Shown here piece by piece: positions 29,137 to 39,668 of a DNA stretch of 56,400 nt (within the stretch, counting starts at the first letter, position 1; each line of letters starts with the position of its first letter). Below the pieces are notes generated by a model. It worked only from the letters and a program-made list of their open reading frames with translations, had not been told where the DNA came from and ran no database searches. Position numbers and translations under genes: made by a program. This DNA is from an uncultured Roseburia sp. Its GTDB lineage: Bacteria > Bacillota > Clostridia > Lachnospirales > Lachnospiraceae. The DNA is taken from contig CAYRAW010000001.1 of assembly GCA_964422225.1 (NCBI GenBank), forward strand, positions 1 to 56,400. Direction: 5' to 3'.

Positions 29137-30330
29137 TTATTTTACAAGTTCCAGTGTCTGTCTGGCAATTGCAAGTTCTTCGTTTGTAGGAATTGCCATT
29201 AATGTTACCTTGCTGCCATCCTTGGAGATAATTCTCTCTTCGCCGCATACATTGTTCTTATCAGAGTCGATCTCTGTTCCCAGATAGCCAAGATACTTGC
29301 AGATCTCTGCACGACCGCCGATGTTATTCTCACCAACGCCTGCTGTAAATGCGATCGCATCTACACCATTCATGGCTGCTGTATAAGCACCAATGTATTT
29401 GGCAACTCTGTAATAGAAAGCATCCAGTGCCGCTGCTGCCTGATGATTGCCCTCATTTGCTGCCGCCTTAACATCTCTGAAATCAGAAGATACGCCGGAC
29501 ATACCCAATACACCGGATTTCTTATTCAGAACTGTATTCATCTCTGCAGATGTAAGTCCTTCTTTCTGACAGATGAAATCGCAGATGGCCGGGTCCATAT
29601 CACCGGAGCGAGTACCCATGATCAGACCTTCAAGGGGTGTCAGACCCATGGAAGTATCAACACACTTACCATGATCTACTGCTGATACAGAAGCACCATT
29701 TCCCAAATGGCATACAATGATCTTCAACTCTTCTCTCTTCTTGCCAAGAAGCTGTGCAGCTCTGGCAGATACATAGTCATGGCTTGTACCATGGAAGCCA
29801 TAACGTCTTACTTTGTATTTCTCATAATATTCATAAGGAAGTCCGTACAGATATGCTTTCTCAGGCATTGTCTGATGGAATGCGGTATCAAATACTGCTA
29901 CCATGGGAACATTCGGCATGATCTCTTTACAGGAATTGATACCGATCAGGTTAGCAGGGTTGTGTAAAGGTGCAAGATCGTTACACTCTTCAATTGCCTT
30001 CATAACTTCATCTGTGATCACTACGCTGGAAGCGAACTTCTCACCGCCGTGTACAACACGATGTCCTACAGCACCGATCTCATCAAGAGACTTGATCACG
30101 CCATGCTCTGCATTGGTCAATGCATCAATTACAAGCTGAACAGCTACAGTATGGTTAGGCATCGGAGTCTCGATCCTTATCTTGTCCTTACCTGCAGGGG
30201 TATGGGTCAGCACGCTGCCGTCAATACCGATTCTCTCGCAAAGTCCTTTCGCAAGTACAGCTTCTGAGTCGCTGTTGATTAACTGGTACTTCAATGATGA
30301 ACTACCGCAATTGATTACTAAAATGTTCAT
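29137..30330 (-). CDS. ackA: acetate kinase
   Basis: [30 protein letters not shown] and TNEELAIA. Confidence 0.97.
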   Translation of the reverse strand: MNILVINCGSSSLKYQLINSDSEAVLAKGLCERIGIDGSVLTHTPAGKDKIRIETPMPNHTVAVQLVIDALTNAEHGVIKSLDEIGAVGHRVVHGGEKFASSVVITDEVMKAIEECNDLAPLHNPANLIGINSCKEIMPNVPMVAVFDTAFHQTMPEKAYLYGLPYEYYEKYKVRRYGFHGTSHDYVSARAAQLLGKKREELKIIVCHLGNGASVSAVDHGKCVDTSMGLTPLEGLIMGTRSGDMDPAICDFICQKEGLTSAEMNTVLNKKSGVLGMSGVSSDFRDVKAAANEGNHQAAAALDAFYYRVAKYIGAYTAAMNGVDAIAFTAGVGENNIGGRAEICKYLGYLGTEIDSDKNNVCGEERIISKDGSKVTLMAIPTNEELAIARQTLELVK

Positions 30331-30374
30331 GGTATACCTCCGAATATGATTGATGTTCGTATTTCATATAATCA

Positions 30375-30411
30375 GTGTACTACTTTTCCGCCGAAAATGA
30401 AAGCGCTTACA
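30375..30411 (-). promoter_or_regulatory. ackA promoter with overlapping cre/LacI-type operator
   Basis: TGAAAGCGCTTACA (30398-30411) overlaps the -35 TTTCAT, followed by a 17-bp spacer and TACACT. Confidence 0.65.
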
Positions 30412-30439
30412 TTTAATTTGTTTGGTTTTTTTTCTATAC

Positions 30440-30479
30440 AAAAAGTCCGTGTATCACTTTCACAATACACGGACTTTTT
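30440..30479 (-). terminator. terminator after giant pectinase gene
   Basis: AAAAAGTCCGTGTAT...ATACACGGACTTTTT. Confidence 0.75.
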
Positions 30480-30490
30480 AAACTTGTCAA

Positions 30491-33400
30491 TTATTCAGCA
30501 ATCATAATGATCGCATCTGTAAACTGTTCTGTGTCAATTGCCACATTACCGGTTTCATTAACATTCATTGTCTTGATCAGACTGTACTTTGCCGCATCAG
30601 CATCCAACAAATAAATGTATGCTGTTTTTCCAGCATATACACTGCCAACATTGAAGTGAAGTGTTGCCTGGAAAGGAAGCACTGTGCTCTGTGTTGGAAC
30701 CGCATGCATTGTTGCGAAACCGGCAGCAAATGCCGGAATCTCAGCAAGTGAATAGCCTAGCTTCATATCTTCACTGACTGATGTAACAGTCTGCATATCA
30801 ATGGTCATTGCCGCATCCTTGCCAAAAATAACTGCAAAGTATACCTTCTGACCATAATATTTCTGTAACAGGGCTGCTTTCAATACTTCATCTGATTCTA
30901 CTACTGTCTGCTGATAAGTGTAACCTTCCGGAAGTGCTGCCTCTGTTACTGCAAGAGGGGTCTGTTCATCAGCAATTGCAACCGTTGTTGTTCTTACCTG
31001 TGTTACGGATGAGGTAGAGGAACTGCCTGGATCGGAAGAGGAACTGCTGCCTGTACTGGTACTGCCTGTATTACCCTCTACTTGACCATCTGTTTCATCA
31101 CCTATCGTGATATTTTCAGAAGCTGTTCCACCAATGACACCGCCTGCCTGTGCCTTATCTGTCAGGATCAGGAATCCATGTGTATTGACAGTTCCGTCTG
31201 CATTTCTATCAATTCCTGTAAAGTCCAGACTTTCAAACCAGTCACTGCTTACAGTGACTCCCATGGAATTAACTGATGTATGGCTGGTCACATCCCAGTA
31301 GAAGTTCGTCTCGCCATAAATCTTGCTGCTATCCTGTGTTCCTTTGCCTTTCAGATTCTCTGTCTGATCCAGGTTTTCTGTTCTGTATGAGATCACACCA
31401 TCTGCCTTATAATCTGTATTGACTGCGCTGTTAGTATAGAATGCCACATTGTAGCTTTCATTATTAAAGGATATGGAATCATATACCTGAATATCCGGAC
31501 AACTGTTGGAATCAATACCCTTTGCCTTGTTGAAGAAAGCGATGGAATTGTGTAATTCATGATAGCCTGACATGCTGTCTCCACCCATCTTGAATCCGTT
31601 ACCATTACCTGCATCAATTTCTTTGCCGTCATCGCCTGTCACATAACCATTCTTATAAGCTACGCAGTTCCTGATCGTTACCTTGCCGATGCAGCCAGTC
31701 TGTACCTTGGCAAACAGATCCCATCCGTCATCTGCATTGTGATGTGCGATACAGCCATCAAATACATTGCCATTACCAACTGTCAGCTTCGCTGCAAATC
31801 CATCTGCATCCTCATAACCCTTGTCTGCATTTTCATAAGAAGAGCAGTTAAGGATCAGGTTGTAAGATGGCCAGTCCTCAAATTCATCTGTTGTCAGATA
31901 TCTGCTGATCTGAAGACCCGTATTACCATTCTTGTAAGTCTCGATCTGATCTAATGTATTATGATCGCCGGCTACCTGAATACCTTTTTGTGCATCAGCA
32001 GAACCGGTTACATCAAAGCCCTTAAAGTACCAGTAATCTCCTGCAAGTACCATACCTGCGCACTCGCCGCCAAAGTCAAATACCGGTCTGGAAGAAGCCT
32101 CCGGATCAGCCACCATATAGATCATGTTGTCTGCTGTACCATTGATGCCTCTTTCTACCTTGATCGTCCGTGACAGATTATAAGTACCTTCTGTGATTAC
32201 AATTGTCTGTCCTGCCTGCACATATTTCACTGCTGTGTAAACATCCAGTGGCTTCTCTTTGGTACCATTACCGGATGAAGAGCCATCTGCTGCTACATAA
32301 ATAGAATTACCTGCTTCGCCATATGCCTTGTAGCTTACTGTAAAGTCAAAACTTACAGCTTCATAGGAAGATAATACTTCATATTCGCCTGGTTTGTAGT
32401 CTTTATCCGGTGTAAAGTTTACTTTGAACTTATTATCACCATAGTGAAGTGTTACATCTGTGGTTACTTTCTCATTTGCTGTTACATCATCTTTTTCTAC
32501 CACCACATTACCAGCGCTGTCCGTGATACTGAGTACGCCATCTGCATTACCATTATAGATCAACTGATAGTCTGCACTATTGGCTGTGGATGCAGAAATG
32601 ATATTATAAGATGGTGTTACCTCTGTTACAGTCTGTTCTTCTGCCGGGTCATCATCCTCCGGTGCAATTGTTGTAAATGTAATATCTTCAAATGTGATAT
32701 CTGCATTTCTGGAGGCGAAGAAGCCTACATAAACTGAATCCTTATCAATGTTGTTCAATACATCTGTTCCATAATATTTATTGGTCGTTGTATTGCCATC
32801 CGGATCCGTATAACTCACAAAATAACCTGTGTTATTTTTCTGGATCGTAAGTTTGAATTCTGTATAAGTCTTATCTACTGTTCCTGTAGGCTCTGCACCC
32901 GTATAACCACCTACAATATTGTAAGTACCGGAACCGCTGTTGGCGCAGGAAGTCTCCAGAGTCTTCATTGCTGTACTGAATACACTCATATCGGTAAGTG
33001 TCTTGTCTTCTTTGATATTTTCTGCTGTAACGCCCTTCTTTTCCTGAGAGCCTACGCCAAGCTTCATACTGATCTTATCACCGCTGTCAGATACTGCCGT
33101 ACCATCCCAGCAATACTCTACCTTGGTTACAGATGCCATATAAGAGTTATTCCAGAAGGTACTGCTGTCTCCATTCGTTCCTACTGCATCTGCTGCCATC
33201 AGACCAAAGCCTTCCTGCCCGTTAGATAACTTCCAGCTATTGATCTTCGCCGTTGCTGTCAGTGTGAAGTTGGTAGTTTCCGGATCGATCTCTGTGTAGT
33301 AGAAAGCAAGTCCGTCTGTAGAACCGGGCACCAGCTTGCCCTTTCCACTGTTGGAATATACTCTCACACTGCCTTCGTTAGCATTTCCTTCATAACCATT

Positions 33401-36400
33401 GTTCTTGGTATCAACGCCGCTTCCGAATGCAGAGAATGCCCATTTAAGTTCTTCTTCTTCTGTTACCTTGGCTGTAATCTCAGATACAGGTCCTACCTCA
33501 TCACCTCTGACTGCAGCTACTGTGAAGGTATATTCCTTACCAATTGTAAGATCTTCTACAACTGCTGTGAGTTCTTCAGTTCTTACTTCTGCTTCGCTGT
33601 CCTCAACTGCAACTACATAGCCTTCTGCTTCTTCAACAGCTTCCCATTCCAGTTCAACACTGCCGCCGCCAATGCTTGTTGCACTCTTGATGCTCGGTGC
33701 TGTCAAAGGTAATACGAAGTCAATTGCTTCTGATACCCCACTTACCTTATCTGTTTCGTCTTCACGGATCAATGTGACCTGGAAGCTGTAAGATCCACTC
33801 GCTTGGGGTGTAAAGACTACGGAAATCTCTCCGCCTTCTTTTAAGGAGTTCTTAGAAGCTGCTTCTTCGCCCTCTGCGTCCAGCATGCTGACAACTGCCT
33901 TATCTGCGCCGTCATAGCCGATCTCAGCCTTGGCTGTTACAGTAATCTGTGTACCGTCCTCTGACAAAGCCACATCTGTAATAGAAGGTGTTGCTACTTT
34001 GCTCCAATCCTGACGTGCCGGTTTATCAGAGCTGCTGCTTTCTTCTGCAACCACTACTTTGAAAATGTAATTGTTGTTCGTTGCACCACCTAAATAATAG
34101 GTTCCTGCTTCTGTTACTCTTAATGTGGAAATTGCTGTTGCATTCTTAGCCAGTGTTTCTGATGTCTGGGCTGCGATAGCACCTGTAGAATCAAGGATTG
34201 CCATCTGGCGATTATCATCACCGCCCTCTACCCACCAGATTTTCACGTCTGCTGCACCAGAAGTAGTGAATTTTACTGCATTCTTATCTGTTGCCGCTTT
34301 ACCACCAAAGTTGATTCTCTGTGCGGATGCATAACCATCATCAAAAGTCTTTGCACTTGTATCAACCTTGGATTTTACACTATAGAGTAATGTGAAATAA
34401 TCATCTGTACCGGCTTTTTGGCTGTCACCGTCTGCCTTTTCGCCCACTGCAAATGTATCCAGGCTGCTGCTTTCCAATGTATATTCTGTAGTATCAGAAT
34501 CTGACGATTCATCCGATTCTTCCGATTCTAATTTGCCATCCGGTGTCTCTATCGTCATATCCTTGCCTGCAAAAGCATCCCACTCTCCAAGGAAAGCTTC
34601 TACACTGATGGTTGTTCCATCTGTAAATTCCGGCTCAGTGATCACATGTGACCAGTCAGCGCGGGATGCACTGTTGTCAATGCCGTCTACCATTTCATAG
34701 GTCTGGTATTCATATACCTTGTCAGAAGTTCCTCCCAGTGTTGCATTCCAGCCAATCGGCGCGATCAGGGAAGTTCCGTCTGATGCCTGTCCGATCACTG
34801 TTGCATAATATACAACTTCACTTGTAGAAGCCTGCCATGGTCTTCCAAAATACCCCGGCTTGGACACTTCTGAAGATGCCGTATCAACACCCGGTGTTGT
34901 AGAAACAATGTTGCAGTTATACATCAGATATCCTCTGCCGGATTTCTGCTGTGCTGCCGTAATATAGGCAACATCATTAGTATCTTCCATTGTGTTCAGC
35001 ACCAGATCACACTTGGCAAATACAGCTGTCATAGCACCAAAGATATAATCTGTTCCACCATAAACTGCGCAGTCATAGAAGGCTGCTGTTACGCCGGTTC
35101 CACCGTATAAAGTATCCTGACGGCCAATGAATTTACAATTGTCAAAAGAGATTTCCTTGCAGTTATTGGCAATTGCAAGAGCTGCTGCTCTCTCTACATA
35201 TTTCTTATTCTGTACTGTTGTATCGCCATAAGACATGGATGCTCTCTTTACAGAGCCTTCCTTTGCACCGCTCTGTGCTACAATGACATCTTCTGCTGCC
35301 TTTTGGGATACATACTGGTTAAAGGAATTTTCAAAGATAATTCCTTCTGCTTCAAATCCACCTGCTGTAATAACCACAGTTGCATTCCAGTAGCTTCCGG
35401 CTGTTGTACCGGAACCCGGATTTTCAAAAGAAGCATATCCATTCTTCTTATTTACTGCCAGAAGTTCTTCATCATACTTGCAGTCACTTCCCATGCTGTA
35501 ATAGGTATATCCATGTCCATAATAGGAGGTAATACGTACTGCATTGTCGTCAATATCAACGCCTTTGTTCTTAGTTTCAATGCTTGGGTTGCTGCTTGCA
35601 TTGGTCAGTGTGACATTTGCCACATCAATGACCAGCATTTCCTCATAGTCGCCCGGCTGAATCTCGATCGTTACTCTCTGGTCATCACTTCTGTCCATAG
35701 AACGAACTGCATCCAGAGCATCATTGATCGAAGTATAGTCACAGTCTGTACCACCTACTGTTACTGTTGCGGCATAAGGAATTGCTTCTGTGCTGTCTTT
35801 CGTAAACCTGATCGTCAGTGTTACATCCGCACCATCTACTACAAGATTACTTGTTAATCCCTGCTTCCAGTCTCCTGTATTCTCTACTTCTACAGTATAG
35901 ATACCGTCACGAAGACTGATATCTTCTGTTCCTGTGAAAGTATATACATAGTCTTCTTCTACGGTCTTATCCTCATCACTGTGTCTGGTAAAGATAAATT
36001 CTGCCTCTGTCAGCTCTTCCAGTGATGCCCCTTCAGGTTCAACTGTTACTGTATATACAGGCTTCTTTTCAAAGGTAATATCGATTGTACCGTCCTCGGA
36101 AGCCTGTAATACTGCCTCACTTGTCAGTTCATAATCGTCAATGTCGGATATCTCCAGAGTATACTCTACACCGGATTCCAGTACTGCCGTATATTTGGTT
36201 CCTTCAATGGTTACAGAAGGAACATAGATGTTATCAGATTTTAACTCCAGCTTTAAGTTCTGTGCAGCCTCTTCATCCAGTCCTTTTAACTGACCGCTTA
36301 CTTTTACAAGTTCAACTGTACCGACTGTAATATCAAACTTCTTAGAGGTTATTCCTTTCGCCAAAGTCAGTGTATCACTGCTTGTGATCACATAACCATC

Positions 36401-37534
36401 CGCATTCTTCAGTGCCACATCATAAGAATAACCTTCTCTTAAAGCTGCGCTGTATGTACCGTCAGACACTTGGGCAGTTGTCACTGCGCCCGTCTCCTCA
36501 CAGGTAAAAGTGATCGCATATTCCTCTGTCAGATCTTCCGGAGCATTCACTGTACCGGTTACCTCTACCGCCTTGGTATGTTCTACATAAGCTCTGGCTA
36601 ATACCAGCTTCTCATTGGTGCTGTATATCTTATACAGACCAGTCTGGGAAGCATAGAAGGTCATAGCTGTTGCTGCCGTTGATCTGTCATATTCCTGTGT
36701 CTCAACTTTACCCTCAGGAGACTCAAAGCCTATCGTAGATGCGCCATTGTTAGAAGATACGATAGTTGTTAAAATATCTCCCTCTTCCAGACGGATACCT
36801 ACATAGACATCCTTTGTCGCTGACTTGTTGGAATAAATATATCCTGTATATGTGGTTCCATCATAATTGATGGATTTGTCATCATAATGAGTCAGTGCTG
36901 CATTGGTAGTACGCAGTCTGTGCGTTGAGCTGTATCCTCCATCCACAAAACAGAATGCTACATTTCCATCTGCATCCAGCACTTCAAAGCCTGCCAGATT
37001 CTTGCCCTTTGTTCCCGGTTCTACATCAGGATACCAGCTGTTAATGATATCTGCTGTCAGTTTGTTAGTGTATTTATCGGTGTCCAGTTCCTCTGCTCCC
37101 AGATCCCATACATCGATCTTGCCGTCTACGGATTCTGCCAGATCAAGATTTAACAATGTAACAGCATTTGTCTCTTCCTCTGTCGTAGTTTCCTCTTCTG
37201 TTGTTTCCTCCTCTTCTGTTTCTTTCTCTGATTCCTCTTGCGTTGTTGTCTCTTCTTCGCTGATATCTTCTGTCGAAGACTCTGCTGTGGAAGATTCTTC
37301 AGATTCAGAGTTTTCCTGTTCGGATGCTTCCTCCTTTGCATCCAAAACAGTTGCTGCCTGTGCGGCATCTTCCTCCTTGATCACAGTTGTCTGTGCAGAT
37401 TCTTCTACTGCAGCAGCTTTTGTCTGCTGTTCAGTTTCAACTTCTGTCGCAGTAACTGTCATGTTGGACATCATCATGGCAACTGATAATGTGACTGCCA
37501 TAATACGCTTTGACATCTTGCATAATTTTTGCAT
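30491..37534 (-). CDS. secreted multi-domain pectin methylesterase (CE8) / pectate lyase (PL9)
   Basis: Signal peptide. CE8 motifs: QPGDYEE, FIGRQDTLY, GGTDYIFG, YFGRPW. PL9 motifs: DADGFAAK, NADDGWDLF, GNGNGFKMGG. Also an FN3-like module. Confidence 0.9.
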   Translation of the reverse strand: MQKLCKMSKRIMAVTLSVAMMMSNMTVTATEVETEQQTKAAAVEESAQTTVIKEEDAAQAATVLDAKEEASEQENSESEESSTAESSTEDISEEETTTQEESEKETEEEETTEEETTTEEETNAVTLLNLDLAESVDGKIDVWDLGAEELDTDKYTNKLTADIINSWYPDVEPGTKGKNLAGFEVLDADGNVAFCFVDGGYSSTHRLRTTNAALTHYDDKSINYDGTTYTGYIYSNKSATKDVYVGIRLEEGDILTTIVSSNNGASTIGFESPEGKVETQEYDRSTAATAMTFYASQTGLYKIYSTNEKLVLARAYVEHTKAVEVTGTVNAPEDLTEEYAITFTCEETGAVTTAQVSDGTYSAALREGYSYDVALKNADGYVITSSDTLTLAKGITSKKFDITVGTVELVKVSGQLKGLDEEAAQNLKLELKSDNIYVPSVTIEGTKYTAVLESGVEYTLEISDIDDYELTSEAVLQASEDGTIDITFEKKPVYTVTVEPEGASLEELTEAEFIFTRHSDEDKTVEEDYVYTFTGTEDISLRDGIYTVEVENTGDWKQGLTSNLVVDGADVTLTIRFTKDSTEAIPYAATVTVGGTDCDYTSINDALDAVRSMDRSDDQRVTIEIQPGDYEEMLVIDVANVTLTNASSNPSIETKNKGVDIDDNAVRITSYYGHGYTYYSMGSDCKYDEELLAVNKKNGYASFENPGSGTTAGSYWNATVVITAGGFEAEGIIFENSFNQYVSQKAAEDVIVAQSGAKEGSVKRASMSYGDTTVQNKKYVERAAALAIANNCKEISFDNCKFIGRQDTLYGGTGVTAAFYDCAVYGGTDYIFGAMTAVFAKCDLVLNTMEDTNDVAYITAAQQKSGRGYLMYNCNIVSTTPGVDTASSEVSKPGYFGRPWQASTSEVVYYATVIGQASDGTSLIAPIGWNATLGGTSDKVYEYQTYEMVDGIDNSASRADWSHVITEPEFTDGTTISVEAFLGEWDAFAGKDMTIETPDGKLESEESDESSDSDTTEYTLESSSLDTFAVGEKADGDSQKAGTDDYFTLLYSVKSKVDTSAKTFDDGYASAQRINFGGKAATDKNAVKFTTSGAADVKIWWVEGGDDNRQMAILDSTGAIAAQTSETLAKNATAISTLRVTEAGTYYLGGATNNNYIFKVVVAEESSSSDKPARQDWSKVATPSITDVALSEDGTQITVTAKAEIGYDGADKAVVSMLDAEGEEAASKNSLKEGGEISVVFTPQASGSYSFQVTLIREDETDKVSGVSEAIDFVLPLTAPSIKSATSIGGGSVELEWEAVEEAEGYVVAVEDSEAEVRTEELTAVVEDLTIGKEYTFTVAAVRGDEVGPVSEITAKVTEEEELKWAFSAFGSGVDTKNNGYEGNANEGSVRVYSNSGKGKLVPGSTDGLAFYYTEIDPETTNFTLTATAKINSWKLSNGQEGFGLMAADAVGTNGDSSTFWNNSYMASVTKVEYCWDGTAVSDSGDKISMKLGVGSQEKKGVTAENIKEDKTLTDMSVFSTAMKTLETSCANSGSGTYNIVGGYTGAEPTGTVDKTYTEFKLTIQKNNTGYFVSYTDPDGNTTTNKYYGTDVLNNIDKDSVYVGFFASRNADITFEDITFTTIAPEDDDPAEEQTVTEVTPSYNIISASTANSADYQLIYNGNADGVLSITDSAGNVVVEKDDVTANEKVTTDVTLHYGDNKFKVNFTPDKDYKPGEYEVLSSYEAVSFDFTVSYKAYGEAGNSIYVAADGSSSGNGTKEKPLDVYTAVKYVQAGQTIVITEGTYNLSRTIKVERGINGTADNMIYMVADPEASSRPVFDFGGECAGMVLAGDYWYFKGFDVTGSADAQKGIQVAGDHNTLDQIETYKNGNTGLQISRYLTTDEFEDWPSYNLILNCSSYENADKGYEDADGFAAKLTVGNGNVFDGCIAHHNADDGWDLFAKVQTGCIGKVTIRNCVAYKNGYVTGDDGKEIDAGNGNGFKMGGDSMSGYHELHNSIAFFNKAKGIDSNSCPDIQVYDSISFNNESYNVAFYTNSAVNTDYKADGVISYRTENLDQTENLKGKGTQDSSKIYGETNFYWDVTSHTSVNSMGVTVSSDWFESLDFTGIDRNADGTVNTHGFLILTDKAQAGGVIGGTASENITIGDETDGQVEGNTGSTSTGSSSSSDPGSSSTSSVTQVRTTTVAIADEQTPLAVTEAALPEGYTYQQTVVESDEVLKAALLQKYYGQKVYFAVIFGKDAAMTIDMQTVTSVSEDMKLGYSLAEIPAFAAGFATMHAVPTQSTVLPFQATLHFNVGSVYAGKTAYIYLLDADAAKYSLIKTMNVNETGNVAIDTEQFTDAIIMIAE
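37160..37330 (-). repeat. low-complexity EEETT acidic linker repeats
   Basis: Encodes EEETTTQEESEKETEEEETTEEETTTEEET after the signal peptide. Confidence 0.6.
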
Positions 37535-37556
37535 ACTTTACTCCCTTACTCAGTCT

Positions 37557-37578
37557 TTGATGTAAGCGCTTACATCAA
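37557..37578. promoter_or_regulatory. perfect 22-bp palindromic cre/LacI-type operator
   Basis: TTGATGTAAGCGCTTACATCAA, 22 bp upstream of the pectinase start codon. Confidence 0.7.
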
Positions 37579-37770
37579 GACGTATAAAAAAAATGGCCTG
37601 TATACATAATATATCAGATAAGATGCACAATTTCAATACAGTAAATGCGCATTGGTGTTTATATTTTGTCGTTTATAAGCCAAATTTTAAGCATGTTTTT
37701 TGTGAATTATAACCAAGTCATTTATCAAATATATTTATTTAATTAAATAAATTTTTATTTTTACACACAA

Positions 37771-37824
37771 AAAACCTTTTATTTGTCGAAATATACCAAG
37801 ATATTTTCTTCAAATAAAAGGTTT
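37771..37824 (-). terminator. probable terminator after proS
   Basis: AAACCTTTTATTTG...CAAATAAAAGGTTT with an adjacent U-tract on the minus strand. Confidence 0.55.
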
Positions 37825-37919
37825 CTGTAAGTACTTACGGTAAAATTATCTGTCTATTTACACATGGAAATACTGGCAAATAATTGCCCTCTTTCTTGTG
37901 CAATTTGTCAAATATCTGC

Positions 37920-39359
37920 TTAGTATGCTCTGCCCCAGTATACCATCTTCTTGGCAGGTTTGCCGCAGCATACGCATACGTCACTTAAATTCTCCTGATC
38001 AAAAGGCATACAACGGCTGGTAGCTGCCAGTTCATCCTTGATCTTGTCTTCACATTCCTGACATCCACACCACATAGCCTTCACAAAACCAGGTTTGTTA
38101 TTGATAATATCACAAAACTCATCCCAATTCTTCGCACTGTAAGTATGTGACTCCAGATGAGCCTTTGCACGTTCATACATATCGTTATGGATCTGCTCTA
38201 ACAGAGCCTCTGCCTTTGCTTCCACTTCATCCAGGGCAACCTCGATCTTCTCTCTGGTATCGCGGCGTACAAATACACACTTGCCATTCTCAATATCCTT
38301 AGGTCCGATCTCGATTCTGAAAGGAACACCTCTCATCTCACACTCGGAGAACTTCCAACCCGGGCTCTTATCTGTATCATCTACCTTTACACGGTATCCT
38401 TTTTCAATGAGACGATCGCGCAGTTCATATGCCTTGTCCAGAACGCCCTCTTTCTTCTGCTGGATTGGAATGACCATGATCTGAACAGGTGCTACCTTAG
38501 GAGGAAGCTTCAGACCTGAATCATCACCATGTACCATGATAACAGCACCGATCAGTCTGGTTGTCATGCCCCATGAGGTCTGGTGTACATATTTTAATGT
38601 ATTGTCCTTATCTGTGAACTGGATGCCAAATGCTCTGGCAAATCCATCGCCAAAGTTATGGCTGGTACCGGATTGTAACGCCTTGCCATCATGCATCAGT
38701 GCTTCTATTGTATAAGTAGCTTCTGCGCCTGCAAACTTCTCCTTGTCAGTCTTCTGACCCTTTACAACAGGGATTGCCAGTACATTCTTGAGGAAGTCTG
38801 CATATACATTGAGCATCTGAATTGTTCTGTCCTCTGCTTCCTGTGCTGTTGCATGTGCTGTATGTCCTTCCTGCCATAAGAATTCACGGCTTCTTAAGAA
38901 AGGTCTTGTAGTCTTCTCCCAACGTACAACGCTGCACCACTGATTGTATACCTTAGGCAGATCTCTGTAGGACTGTACTTCTTTCGCATAGAAATCACAG
39001 AATAATGTTTCAGATGTTGGTCTGACACACAATCTCTCCTGTAAGGGTTCCAGTCCACCATGTGTTACCCATGCAACTTCCGGTGCAAAACCTTCTACGT
39101 GATCCTTTTCTTTCTCCAGAAGGCTTTCAGGAATAAACATAGGCATGTATACATTCTCTACACCTGTCTTTTTAAATTCCGTATCAAGCTGCCTCTGAAT
39201 CTGTTCCCAGATTGCATAGCCTGCGGGTTTAATGATCATACAGCCTTTTACGCTGGAATAATCGCACAGCTCTGCTTTTTTTACTACATCAGTATACCAC
39301 TGTGCAAAATCCACATCCATAGATGTGATCGCTTCTACAAGTTTCTTGTCGTTTGCCAT
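37920..39359 (-). CDS. proS: proline--tRNA ligase (archaeal/eukaryotic type)
   Basis: Motifs [25 protein letters not shown] and C-terminal RAY; preceded by a T-box. Confidence 0.96.
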   Translation of the reverse strand: MANDKKLVEAITSMDVDFAQWYTDVVKKAELCDYSSVKGCMIIKPAGYAIWEQIQRQLDTEFKKTGVENVYMPMFIPESLLEKEKDHVEGFAPEVAWVTHGGLEPLQERLCVRPTSETLFCDFYAKEVQSYRDLPKVYNQWCSVVRWEKTTRPFLRSREFLWQEGHTAHATAQEAEDRTIQMLNVYADFLKNVLAIPVVKGQKTDKEKFAGAEATYTIEALMHDGKALQSGTSHNFGDGFARAFGIQFTDKDNTLKYVHQTSWGMTTRLIGAVIMVHGDDSGLKLPPKVAPVQIMVIPIQQKKEGVLDKAYELRDRLIEKGYRVKVDDTDKSPGWKFSECEMRGVPFRIEIGPKDIENGKCVFVRRDTREKIEVALDEVEAKAEALLEQIHNDMYERAKAHLESHTYSAKNWDEFCDIINNKPGFVKAMWCGCQECEDKIKDELAATSRCMPFDQENLSDVCVCCGKPAKKMVYWGRAY

Positions 39360-39419
39360 TTTCTCTTTCCTTTCCAAATATCATCGGGCTGCAAAGGGCT
39401 GCCATCAGTCCTTTGTGCA

Positions 39420-39630
39420 GCAAAAAACGCCGCAGACCCTGTTATATCAAGGGGCCATGCGGCGTTACCACCCTATTTTGTACTCATCCTACCGTTATCG
39501 CCGGTGCTACGCTGTACTTTCATACAGGACTCCAAGGCAGGTTCCAAAGTTTACCATGCAGGAATCTCTCAGCCTGTCGATTCCCTCTCTGAACATTTCC
39601 ACTGTGTACTATTCCTTATCAACGTCATGT
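39420..39630 (-). promoter_or_regulatory. T-box riboswitch (Pro, specifier CCU)
   Basis: AGAGA and GCTGAGA stem-I motifs, specifier GAA-CCT-G at 39541-39539, T-box AGGGTGGTAACGCC and terminator with U-run. Confidence 0.92.
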
Positions 39631-39639
39631 TTGTTATCA

Positions 39640-39668
39640 GTTTATGCCAGCCTCAGGCTTTTGTCAAT
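39640..39668 (-). promoter_or_regulatory. sigma-A promoter of proS T-box leader
   Basis: TTGACA, 17-bp spacer, TAAACT; overlaps the upstream stop codon. Confidence 0.7.

Noticed and set aside
37600..37915. TTGTG/GCACAA half-sites as Rex operators (also near 12245-12305 and 15488)
   Set aside because: No complete 18-bp TTGTGAA-N4-TTCACAA palindrome is present, and the AT-rich background can explain partial matches.
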